Shown one piece after another: positions 1-9,211 of a stretch of 64,000 nucleotides of DNA (position 1 is its first letter; every line of letters starts with the position of its first letter). Location of the stretch: assembly GCA_963793425.1 (NCBI GenBank), contig CAWCAG010000005.1, positions 1,472,001 through 1,536,000 on the forward strand. Reading direction: 5' to 3'. The DNA is from an uncultured cyanobacterium. GTDB taxonomy: Bacteria; Cyanobacteriota; Cyanobacteriia; Cyanobacteriales; CAWCAG01. Below the pieces are notes generated by a model. That model did not search any database. It saw only the letters and a list, made by a program, of their open reading frames with translations, and was not told the origin of the DNA. Both the position numbers and the translations under genes were made by a program.

Positions 1-185
1 CAGCAAGTTAATAACACTCACGTCTGATAGTAACATTGTTCTCTTCTCTCGCACAAAGGCTTGTAATCTGTAACATAATAAGGAAAAAATTCTTCTGTCA
101 AGTCTATTTTCCGCATAATTTTTGAACACGAACTCGCCTTTTCAAGAATCCGATACCTGTTAATTCAGTGGTCAGTTACCAGTCA

Positions 186-403
186 GTAGGGTGTGTTTGT
201 GCTGCCATAAACTCTCCTACCAGCCTTAATTTATTATTCAGCACTTAACGCACCATCAAACTTTATCTAAAAAAACAACATAGCCAATGTTTTTGATAAT
301 TAGAATAAAAACTTATTGTGAAGAATGTTAGTAATGGAGATGGTGCGTTCCTATCATATATTTTGGTTGGAAGTGAAGACTTATTTTAAGGAACACACCC
401 TAC
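186..403. repeat. REP/MITE-like paired inverted repeat element (GTAGGGTGTGTT...AACGCACCAT...ATGGTGCGTTCC...GGAACACACCCTAC)
   Basis: Terminal GTAGGGTGTGTT/AACACACCCTAC inverted pair plus an internal AACGCACCAT/ATGGTGCGTT pair; a degenerate copy of the left half lies at ~1205-1284. Confidence 0.75.
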
Positions 404-429
404 AAAATATGCAGACCAATTATCAGAAA

Positions 430-581
430 GTAGGGTGGGCAAAAAGCAATAGATTTATTGATTAAACCTATTTTTTAATGTTTGCCCACCATTATCTAAA
501 ACTTTCTTAATTGATTATGGTGGGTAAGTAAGATAGAGATTTTTTTGATACTAAATTTCAAACTTGATTTGCCTACCCTAC
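430..581. repeat. REP-like element GTAGGGTGGGCA...TTTGCCCACCAT...ATGGTGGGTAA...TTTGCCTACCCTAC
   Basis: Two opposed hairpin units with a GTAG head; related half copies at ~2258-2271, ~2726-2787 and ~58298-58440. Confidence 0.75.
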
Positions 582-626
582 AAAGTTTTATAGCGTTTTT
601 TTCTTAACAATATAAAGAAAAATTCT

Positions 627-1046
627 TTATTTTTTACTAGGCCATATTGGTTCGTCGGATTCATCATACAAAACACCTAGATGGATACTGTGAAGAGATC
701 CAAATTCAAACTGTAGCTCAAGCCAACTATCCTCATAGAAGACTGAAATAAACGAACCATGATCTTCTAATTCAGGTTTTTCACGAAGGTGCTTACTAAC
801 CAAATCTAATACTTGCTTCTGCATCATACCTATAACCTTGACACCAAAAAGCACAGCATCTGGATGATAGATTTCCATCCATCCTAACAAATTTCCGTCG
901 TCTGCTTCAAAAGATAGCTCAATTCGACGAGTATAAAATTGAAGTCGTTTACAGTCAAAATCTGTGCACATATATTTTGTCTGGTTTACCAAGATGCTTA
1001 CACGCTTCTTTTTCAGATATTCCGAAGCAAACTTCATCAGTCCCAA
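627..1046 (-). CDS. hypothetical protein (139 aa)
   Basis: ORF with protein-like composition; no recognisable motif; 5' end uncertain. Confidence 0.55.
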   Translation of the reverse strand: MGLMKFASEYLKKKRVSILVNQTKYMCTDFDCKRLQFYTRRIELSFEADDGNLLGWMEIYHPDAVLFGVKVIGMMQKQVLDLVSKHLREKPELEDHGSFISVFYEDSWLELQFEFGSLHSIHLGVLYDESDEPIWPSKK

Positions 1047-1453
1047 TTCCTAGCAGAATTTCCATTGATTCTATTTAATTGTAGAACTGATAGTACCAGC
1101 TTTTTAAAAAAGTATAGGTCTAGAATTTTTAGAACATCTTTTTAAAAACCACACCCAAAGAATTTATTGATTAAACTGTTCCATTAAAATTTAACTGCCC
1201 AGCATTAGGATGCGTTTGTACTGTCAAAACTATTTTACCAACCTTAATTTATTATTGAGCAATTAAGCACATCAGACTTTATCTTTATTTTGATACTACC
1301 GAACTTGCAATGTGAAAGCAAACAACAAGAAAATAGCACACTCAAGCTAAAATTTTATAGTTTTTCTCTATAAAGTGTATCCAGCTTGCAGTTAGCTCTT
1401 TCAAAGATTAAATGAGTAAAAATAAAACTACTATTGAGGTTAACTTGTCCATA

Positions 1454-1760
1454 ATGTCAAAGAATCCTCAACTAAACCTCATGCAAACTTACTCCAATTA
1501 GAAGAGTTACCGTTTACCATATCATGTATTGGAGTATAGGCATAGTCTTACACATAGAAAAAATAGAGAAAAAAGCTACCTGCACTAACTGCGGTGCAAT
1601 AACTGAAAAACTCCATCAGATAATAGCTAACGATTAGAGATTTACCTTGGGCACCTAACCACTGTATCTCAATATAATGTCGCCAATGAAAACCTCGCAA
1701 TGGGCACGAAATTTAATGAATTAGACTTGGGCGCAGAGCAAAAGATTAAGTTGAACCGTA
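1454..1760 (+). pseudogene. ISL3-family transposase N-terminal remnant, multiply frameshifted
   Basis: Fragments translate as MSKNPQLNLM..., KATCTNCGAITEKLHQ (zinc-finger CxxC) and TIRDLPW, which are typical of the ISL3 transposase N-terminus. Confidence 0.7.
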
Positions 1761-1943
1761 AATAAAGTCTCAGCTCTTCTGGGGAAGATGAGATTAAAAA
1801 ATGAATTTAGAACTATCTTTGCACAGATCCAAGACTGGTTAAATTTCAGAAATACTACTTGCTTCTCTCAATCTTATCTTCAACAATAAGACTAATATCA
1901 GGAAAGTTCTCATCTATCCGACTCAGTAGTTGCAATGATTCAC

Positions 1944-2217
1944 TCACCTCTTGAAGATAAGTCTCAACAAAACGATAATCTGAAAACTTAGCAGCATGGT
2001 CTGATTGTTTTCAACTAAATCTTCATCAGCATTTAGTAATATAGCTTGGCTCTTTTGGGCAGAACCAAAATCCCCTAAAAATAGCAAGGCAAAAATTAAG
2101 GGAAAGGAGAACAAAAAAGCAATAACTGCACGCCGTTTTATAGGCTGTTGCTGTACCCGCAATTTCTTCTATCTCAGACTTATTTGCACTGAGGGCTGTA
2201 GATATTTTAGTGAGCAA
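1944..2217 (-). pseudogene. probable frameshifted small membrane-protein gene
   Basis: Overlapping ORFs 2026..2217 and 1944..2162 in different frames appear to join (…EEIAGTATA / KRRAVIAFLFSFPLIFALLFL). Confidence 0.3.
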
Positions 2218-2355
2218 AGGATAAAAGGTTTTGGTGTAAAGTTATTGGTAATTATGTTTTGCCCACCCTACCGTTAATACTGGTTTACTTGATTTTGAAC
2301 AGGCATATTGTTAAACAATGGTAGGCTTCTAAAATAGTTTCGGAGGCACAGTTAA

Positions 2356-2688
2356 TGGAAGGTTCAGCTCAGTCTTTTTAAATTGCCTTAATTCTTTATA
2401 ATCTCACTCTGACAAACTAGATTACAAGCCGTTGTACGAATAATGTTTTACCTCAATCAAAGCTAGCTCTCTAAAGGAAGCTCAGGAGAAAACCTTAGTT
2501 TACGCTAAGAAAGAGGAAAGTAAATCTCAGAATGAATATGGGGAAACTATCACTTGGTCTTTGAAGCAGGTTGTTGATGTGAATCCAGCCTTGTACGATG
2601 AGTTTGAAGATGGAACGGATTTATATGCTCGTAATTCCGAAACTATGAAGCGTATAGTTCATTCGAGCCATTACTTTCTTCTGATTAA
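2356..2688 (+). pseudogene. DUF4288-family protein, disrupted
   Basis: Reads SDKLDYKPLYE*…LIKASSLKEAQEKTLVYAKKEE…NEYGETITWSLKQVVDVN…DGTDLYAR / NYEAYSSFEPLLS with stops and frameshifts; GGAGG SD upstream of the ATG. Confidence 0.65.
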
Positions 2689-2771
2689 ACGATAAAAAGA
2701 TGTAGGAAGAAAATCTCTCAATATTGTAGGGTAGGCAAGTTACGATTAATTCTCGGTTTTGATTTTATTGT

Positions 2772-3766
2772 TTATTTTGCCCACCGCAAATAAATAGGGG
2801 GAACGAGGATTTTGGTGGTGTGAATTTTACCAATCAACAATAACAAAGCAATCCTCTCAGAAATAAAAGGTAAAAGTTCTCGATTTTGACTATGTTCTTT
2901 ACCTTCAGTGAACACAACTAAAATATAAGGTTGCTTGTTGGGCATCTCAACATAAACTGCATCATGCCTCACTCTACTCGTCCAACCAGCCTTAGACCAT
3001 TGCTGGTCCCTGGTGGTAAAGCTTCTCCCAAAAAACCAGTAACTTGATTTTCATCATCCCCCCCAGCTAAGGGACGAGAATTAGCTAAATCTCGTTTTAG
3101 TAAAGACATCATCATCTGCGATCGCCCACCAGAAACAGCCACTCCTCCAATAATGCTATGGAATAATTTAGCGACAGCATTGGTAGAAAGCATATTGCGA
3201 TTTTCCATCAACTCACCCACAAAAGCCCTTTCCCGACCATAGGGGCCATCGCACCAAGTTTTTTGATTAACATTAATATTATTTAATTCTGCCCAACCTA
3301 AAGATTGATAGTAACGATTAACAATGTTGCGTTGAAATTGCCAAGTTTCAAAAGGGGCTGAAGATAATTCAGTCCCACTGGTAGTACCGCTTAAAACATC
3401 TACAACCAAGCTAGTGGCATCATTGCTAGAATCAACAATCATATCCTTAATAGCCCTTGCCAACTCTGGAGAGTCAGCAACCATCGCTGTTTCTAACCAT
3501 TGCTGAATCGCCACTAAATAAAACAGCTTAACCACACTAGCCGGATAAATTCTCTCTACCCCACGATAGTTAAAGCTGCGTACTTGATGTTGCCAAAATT
3601 CTTCTGGGGAAAGAGCGCCACCCGTATTGACAATTATCGGCTCATCATAAACAATCCAAGTTAAAGCTAGTCTATCTCTGGCCAAATTAGGAAAGTTTTC
3701 CCAAATAGTATCTAAGAGATTTGCACCTAATTTTTCTAGTTGTTCGTCTTTATGAAAAAAATCCAT
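2772..3766 (-). pseudogene. serine hydrolase (class A beta-lactamase-like family) with a single frameshift near 3004
   Basis: ASVVK (SxxK) and SSND motifs in ORF 2969..3766; the WSKAGWTSRVRHDAVYVE segment lies in a shifted frame that continues into ORF 2772..2972. Confidence 0.8.
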
Positions 3767-3833
3767 TACAGTTCCGGACTAATTATTAAAGTCTGTGTAA
3801 AATGCTACTGATCTTCGCCTACTTATTGCTTCT

Positions 3834-4532
3834 ATGAATGTTCTTGAAAAATCTCTTCTCTCCCCTAGTGGCGAATACTACTCTAGCGTTAATCTTAATC
3901 TCTATGATTCTCCTCGATGTAAGAATTTGGCAAGTCAAATAGCAGCAGGCAGACATTTAAAAGTGCTATCTTCTGTTGTAGATGGGTCGGTGGAAGTAAG
4001 TTCCTGTGAAGATAATTATCCTGGTTGGTTAACCCTTAAGGATATAGAACAACTTCAAAGCGCTAGTAAAGCATACCAAGGAATCGCTTTCTCTCGTAGT
4101 GAAATTGAGCAACGTCTTCCCGAAATTATTGCTTTTACTAAAGCAGCAATGGCTCAACCAAACTATTATCTTTGGGGAGGGACTGTGGCCCCGAATTATG
4201 ATTGTTCAGGATTAATGCAAGCGGCTTTTTCTTCTCAGGGTATTTGGTTGCCCAGAGATTCTTATCAACAAGAAGCCTTTACCCAAACTATTACCCTTGA
4301 CGATTTGCTACCCGGAGATTTAATCTTTTTTAGTCAAGGTGAAAGAGTTAATCATGTTGCCCTTTATCTGGGGGATGAAACTTATATTCATAGTTCCGGG
4401 GCTGAAGATGGTCGCAATGGTATTGGTATTGATTCTTTAATGGTTCAAAAAGATGAAATCGGCGCTTTCTACCGTAGGCGAATAACTGGGGCAGGTAGAG
4501 TTATTGGTAGTTATTTATCCGGTAATGGCTAA
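3834..4532 (+). CDS. NlpC/P60 (C40) family peptidase
   Basis: YLWGG…DCSGL…LPRDS…PGDLIFF…HVALYLG…IHSS motifs. Confidence 0.92.
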   Translation: MNVLEKSLLSPSGEYYSSVNLNLYDSPRCKNLASQIAAGRHLKVLSSVVDGSVEVSSCEDNYPGWLTLKDIEQLQSASKAYQGIAFSRSEIEQRLPEIIAFTKAAMAQPNYYLWGGTVAPNYDCSGLMQAAFSSQGIWLPRDSYQQEAFTQTITLDDLLPGDLIFFSQGERVNHVALYLGDETYIHSSGAEDGRNGIGIDSLMVQKDEIGAFYRRRITGAGRVIGSYLSGNG

Positions 4533-4559
4533 TGGCTAGTTGCTAGTTGCTAATAGTTT

Positions 4560-4612
4560 TCTCCCAGTTACCCCAGTTACCCCAGCTCCCCAGCTCCTCA
4601 TCTCCCCATCTC
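4560..4612. repeat. STRR-like short tandem repeat (CCCCAGTTA / CCCCAGCT units)
   Basis: Tandem 8-9 bp units seen directly. Confidence 0.7.
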
Positions 4613-4708
4613 CGTATTATTACATCTTCAGAACGAGTGCGGTAAGGAATCAAGAATGTTAAGAATGGTAAAGAGAATGAAATTTACCAGGCTACCGCAC
4701 AGAATAAA

Positions 4709-5947
4709 TTGAGACATTTAAGAAACATTCACTCCAAAAATCTAATTCTTCTATTTAGTACAGGGCTATGCTTTTGGTTAAGCATAACTTCCTTGTTGCC
4801 AGTTTTACCTGCTTACATTCAAGATGTGGGGGGAACACCTCAACAGGTGGGCTTTGTCATGGGTAGTTTTGCTATTGGATTACTGCTTAGCCGTAACTTG
4901 ATGGGGAATGTCGCTGATCAACGTAGTCGTAGGTTGGTAATCTCCATTGGTACTCTGGTGGTAGCAACTGCACCTTTAGGCTATCTGTTTGCTAAATCAA
5001 TTTCGGTTTTGATTTTTCTACGGGCATTTCATGGCATCAGCGTAGCTTCTTTCACCATTGGTTACAACACCTTAGTTGTGGCCCTATCTCCTGCTAAACA
5101 GCGAGGACAAACCATTGGCTATATGAGTTTGGTAATTCCCATTGGTTTGGCGTTGGGACCAGCTTTTGGGGGACTGCTGCAAGAACAGTTTGGTTATGCA
5201 CCCTTATTCCTGTTATCTTCTGGTATAGGTTGGTTGGGTTTGCTTTTGTCTTGTCTGATTAATGAACCAGCTAAAGCTAAAAATTCAACCGACGCGCAAA
5301 ATGGCCAAACTTCTCCTCCTAGCTCTTTTTGGCAAACTCTTTCCAGTCCTCGTTTAAGGGTTCCGACCACAATTCTATTACTAATTGGTTTAGTCTTCGG
5401 TACTTTAATAACTTTCTTGCCTTTGTTTATCCGCCATATTCATTTAAACCTCAACTCTGGTTGGTTTTATACTGCTGCGGCGATCGCCAGTTTTAGTGTA
5501 CGCATCTATACGGGTAGAGCCTCCGACCGCTACGGTAGGGGTATATTTATTACAGGTAGTTTAGTTTGCTACGCTGTTTCTATGGCGCTTTTGGCTTCGG
5601 CGAATAGTCCTGTAGATTTTATTATTGCTGCGGTGTTAGAAGGGGCAGGGGCAGGAATTCTGATCCCCATGATGATTGCTTTAATGTCTGATCGTTCCTT
5701 AGATGATGAACGCGGTAGAGTTTATGCTATTTGTTTGGGAGGATTTGATTTAGGTATTGCTATTGGTGGCCCTGTTTTGGGTTCTTTTGCTGAATTTTTG
5801 GGTTATCGAGGCATCTTTGCGATCGCCGCTATTTTAGCAAGTCTGGCCTTAATTGTTTTCTTAACTCAATCAAGCAAAAGTTTTGCTCATTCTCTTCGGT
5901 TTGCCACAGGAAAAGAGAAAGATATTTATGCTTTGAAACAGTCTTAG
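4709..5947 (+). CDS. MFS transporter
   Basis: About 12 hydrophobic segments; motif A-like GNVADQRSRR and GRASDRYGRG. Confidence 0.92.
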   Translation: MRHLRNIHSKNLILLFSTGLCFWLSITSLLPVLPAYIQDVGGTPQQVGFVMGSFAIGLLLSRNLMGNVADQRSRRLVISIGTLVVATAPLGYLFAKSISVLIFLRAFHGISVASFTIGYNTLVVALSPAKQRGQTIGYMSLVIPIGLALGPAFGGLLQEQFGYAPLFLLSSGIGWLGLLLSCLINEPAKAKNSTDAQNGQTSPPSSFWQTLSSPRLRVPTTILLLIGLVFGTLITFLPLFIRHIHLNLNSGWFYTAAAIASFSVRIYTGRASDRYGRGIFITGSLVCYAVSMALLASANSPVDFIIAAVLEGAGAGILIPMMIALMSDRSLDDERGRVYAICLGGFDLGIAIGGPVLGSFAEFLGYRGIFAIAAILASLALIVFLTQSSKSFAHSLRFATGKEKDIYALKQS

Positions 5948-5949
5948 TT

Positions 5950-6501
5950 TTATAACTCGTTGAATTTGGGATGATACTTAACAATACCTTTTATGTTATT
6001 CAAAGCATTCACTCGCAATTCTTGTACCATAAAAGCTTCTTTTGGTACATTTATTTCCCATTCAATACCATAGGTATCAGCTTGCTTAAAACCAAGCTGA
6101 TGGTAGTATTCCGGATGCCCTAATACAACGACAACGTTATGTTGTTTAGTATCAAAGTTATTCTGCCAGTAGTTAAATAGCTTCGTACCTACACCCTTTC
6201 TCTGATAAGTTGGTTTCACTGCCATAGGCCCAAGTCCAATTGCTTCAATAACATGGTTATTTTGATGGATGGTTACCGGACTGAAAGCAAGATGACCGAT
6301 AAGTTCGTTGTTATCAAAGGCAACTAGCGAATAAGTTAACGCACCTACATCTCTTAACCCATTAACTAAATTTGCTTCATTATCTTGACCAAAAGCTGTT
6401 TTATTTAGCTCGTAAATTAATTTTAGGTCTTCTAACTTTTCTGAACGAATGAACAAGCTTTCAAGCATTAACTTTACTATAGATAAATGATAAATTATCA
6501 A
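5950..6501 (-). CDS. GNAT N-acetyltransferase (YhbS-like); real start probably ~6468
   Basis: LGPMAVKPTYQRKGVG acetyl-CoA motif and VVVLGHPEYY…GF. Confidence 0.88.
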   Translation of the reverse strand: MIIYHLSIVKLMLESLFIRSEKLEDLKLIYELNKTAFGQDNEANLVNGLRDVGALTYSLVAFDNNELIGHLAFSPVTIHQNNHVIEAIGLGPMAVKPTYQRKGVGTKLFNYWQNNFDTKQHNVVVVLGHPEYYHQLGFKQADTYGIEWEINVPKEAFMVQELRVNALNNIKGIVKYHPKFNEL

Positions 6502-7257
6502 TATTTGGTGGCGGGAAGAGCGATTCCTTTTGCTTGGGAGACAGTTGTTGATTTTCCTTGTTTAATTATTGTTGGTAATACTGGAGTTGGTAAAAGCACT
6601 ACTGTTAATTTTTTGATTGAAGAGGGATTAGATTTCACTCTTTTACCTAATCGACGCATCCTTACTGACCAATTTATTCTCGCCCCAATGTTAGCAAAAG
6701 AAGGGCGCGAAGTGAAAGATTTAGATCGGGTTGAACGTTTTAATTATACTCGCCGCTATCGAGAAGAAGTTCCTTCAGGAATAGCTTATGTTTTGACGCA
6801 ACTTTATTTAGATTCTCAACAAGTTAAACCTTTACTCATTTTTGATGGTTTACGGGGAGAACAAGAGGTTACTTATGCAGCACAGAAGTTACCTTTAGCT
6901 AAGTTTGTTTGTTTGACTGCTCCAGATACAATTAGATTACAACGTCTCCTTAATCGTCAAGATGCTTTTGATTTAGTTTCAGAAGCAAAAGATTTAGATA
7001 GCTTAAAAGAACTTTTGCAACCATTTACTTTTTCTGAAAAAGAGCAACTAGTTAATTTAGTTGAAACAGGGCAGGTTACGGTTAATGAGTTACAACAGAA
7101 ACTTAAAATTGTTACTACAGAAAAACTCAATTATAATGCTGAAATAACTAAGTCAGCCTTGGAAACTTTTGTCCCCCAAAAAAGTCTGTTTATTGATTCA
7201 AGTATTCACTCACCTCAACAAATTGCTAAAGCGATTATTTCTAGGTTCAAACTTTAG
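6487..7257 (+). CDS. P-loop NTPase / nucleoside-kinase-like protein
   Basis: Walker A GNTGVGKST, Walker B-like LLIFDGLRG, lid-like RLQRLLNR. Confidence 0.75.
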   Translation: MINYQYLVAGRAIPFAWETVVDFPCLIIVGNTGVGKSTTVNFLIEEGLDFTLLPNRRILTDQFILAPMLAKEGREVKDLDRVERFNYTRRYREEVPSGIAYVLTQLYLDSQQVKPLLIFDGLRGEQEVTYAAQKLPLAKFVCLTAPDTIRLQRLLNRQDAFDLVSEAKDLDSLKELLQPFTFSEKEQLVNLVETGQVTVNELQQKLKIVTTEKLNYNAEITKSALETFVPQKSLFIDSSIHSPQQIAKAIISRFKL

Positions 7258-7303
7258 TAAATATTGAATACTAAACACCAATTAATTGAGCGATGTCACA
7301 CCA

Positions 7304-7462
7304 GTAGGGTCTATTAGGCGGCCATTAAAAATGGGCTTAAATCAACAATGCTTGCTCCGCTGTAACATACCAATCCCTACTCTAATAAACCTGTGGTGCA
7401 TTACGCGCTGAATTAAATTCTACTCATTTTCCAAGATTATTGCCAGCAACAACACACCCTAC
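7304..7462. repeat. degenerate REP/MITE-like element of the same family as 186-403
   Basis: GTAGGGTCTATTA…TAACATACCA…TGGTGCATTA…CAACACACCCTAC. Confidence 0.65.
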
Positions 7463-7497
7463 TGGACTTGTTAATTTCGGAGTTTAACATAAGAGGG

Positions 7498-7893
7498 TTA
7501 TTGTGCATCTTCACTAACACCTTCTAGAAAACCAATCAGTCCTTTTCCCCAAGGATTCTCTTCTACAAAGTGTTCTCCAATTTTTATAGCTGCTGTCTTG
7601 CCACCGTTCCATAAGTGTTTCAAATCCAGCAAATTTTTCCACTTCCAAGATTGAACAGATTTGTGTTCTTCAAACTCTGCTTCGATAATCTTAGTCGCTT
7701 CCTTTTCACTAGTAACTTGTGGATATTTTCGCTTAAGTTCCTCAAGAATTTGTTCAGTTACTACTAAAGTTTGATCAACAGTTTGATTGTTATTGTTTTC
7801 ATTTATATTCAAATCACCTTCAACATTTCCTGTGATGTTAGGCCGATTTAATGGTGCGCCAAAGTTCATATTCACTGTAGGTTTGTCAGACAT
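7498..7893 (-). CDS. hypothetical protein with N-terminal N/G-rich motif (NMNF…GNVEGDLNIN) and a small helical domain
   Basis: ORF 7498..7926; AGAGG SD precedes the ATG at 7893 (MSDKPTV). Confidence 0.75.
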   Translation of the reverse strand: MSDKPTVNMNFGAPLNRPNITGNVEGDLNINENNNNQTVDQTLVVTEQILEELKRKYPQVTSEKEATKIIEAEFEEHKSVQSWKWKNLLDLKHLWNGGKTAAIKIGEHFVEENPWGKGLIGFLEGVSEDAQ

Positions 7894-7935
7894 ATTTCTT
7901 ACCTCTGTTTGAAAGACATGAAACAATTACAACTG

Positions 7936-8811
7936 TTACTGATTTTGCCCTGGATTAACATTCATATTTCCCTGAACATTGCCGACAACTGTACCCACTG
8001 AACCATCAAAGTTATTATTAACATTAATATTTTGAATAAAGGCATCCAATGTTTCTACAGGCAAACCTTCTTCTTTCAAGACATCGCGCACAGCCATAAC
8101 TCCAGTGTGTAAAGTACTTTTCAGGAATGCCATTACATCATCAACATTGAAAGAGCCAAGATTTAAAGAGCCTTGAAATGCTTGTCTAAGGGCAAACATT
8201 AAACTACCTTGATTTATCTGGATTTTGAGATTTTGCGATATTCTCTTGATTAGTTCCCACCAAAAAAACAAGATAAAAATAATATAAAACCACCAAAATA
8301 CACCTGTAAAATCTGGCAAATTGTCGTGGTCACGAATATATTGATTGTAAGTAATAGATTTAATTAATCCTAATAAAATAAATAAAATAGCACTTATAAG
8401 AAATTTTCGTATTACCAATCTCCACTTAACTTTACCTAGCACATAAGCATCAACACCCAAATATAAGTAGTCACCATAACTTAGAAAGCGCATAAATATT
8501 GTCGCTCTTGTATTACGGAAAGTATCAAGAGTAATAACAATATATTTGCGCTCCTCACCGTAAGCTTTTATATTATTGGAAAAGTTATCAACATACTTAA
8601 CAAAGCGTGGTTTAGCTGATGCTAAGCTGCCAGCATTAACTTGCTGAAAAACTCTCTCGTACAGCTTCTGGGAAATGCGATTAGCTTTGTCTTTTCCAAC
8701 TTGATAAGTTTGATAGAGCCTAAATGCAGGTAATTCTGTACCTGCGCCGTCCGTGGGATCTGCTATTTCCGAAGGGTTACTACCAAGATGAATCTCTTTT
8801 GATATGTTCAT
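7936..8811 (-). CDS. hypothetical 2-TM membrane protein with C-terminal N/G-rich motif (NNNF…GNVQGNMNVN)
   Basis: 291-aa ORF with two hydrophobic segments. Confidence 0.8.
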   Translation of the reverse strand: MNISKEIHLGSNPSEIADPTDGAGTELPAFRLYQTYQVGKDKANRISQKLYERVFQQVNAGSLASAKPRFVKYVDNFSNNIKAYGEERKYIVITLDTFRNTRATIFMRFLSYGDYLYLGVDAYVLGKVKWRLVIRKFLISAILFILLGLIKSITYNQYIRDHDNLPDFTGVFWWFYIIFILFFWWELIKRISQNLKIQINQGSLMFALRQAFQGSLNLGSFNVDDVMAFLKSTLHTGVMAVRDVLKEEGLPVETLDAFIQNINVNNNFDGSVGTVVGNVQGNMNVNPGQNQ

Positions 8812-8946
8812 TTAATGTCAAGATTATAAAAACAGAATTAAAATAACGACACCCTAATGTTTTTAGCTTACTCAACTGGTAAGCCGTAATCGCAACTCCA
8901 CCATCTGGACTTATAAATTGCCTCAACTCTTCCAAGTTCATGTTGA

Positions 8947-9183
8947 TCAAGAGTCATAGCTACCATTATAAGTGCTGTATATACGGTAGCCTGGTAAAAC
9001 TAAAGCAATTCCGACTATCGAATGTATTGTACCGGGATAATTTTCTTCTGCTAGACTGCCACCAAGACGCACTCGCAAGGGGCCTGACCAAAAATATAAA
9101 CCTGGTATGAGGGTATCTAAACTATAGGCGATCGCCCGCAATTGAAAATCCCTAGATTGATTTTTTTTCTTCGGAGTAGACAT
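8947..9183 (-). CDS. small hypothetical protein
   Basis: 78-aa ORF co-oriented directly downstream of the kinase gene. Confidence 0.65.
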   Translation of the reverse strand: MSTPKKKNQSRDFQLRAIAYSLDTLIPGLYFWSGPLRVRLGGSLAEENYPGTIHSIVGIALVLPGYRIYSTYNGSYDS

Positions 9184-9211
9184 ACAAAAAGTCTGATAGC
9201 TTGAGCTATTA

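Noticed and set aside
1..130. Possible promoter (TTGACA on the minus strand) and gene start running off the window edge
   Set aside because: Only ~12 codons visible and the -10 spacing is ambiguous; cannot be supported
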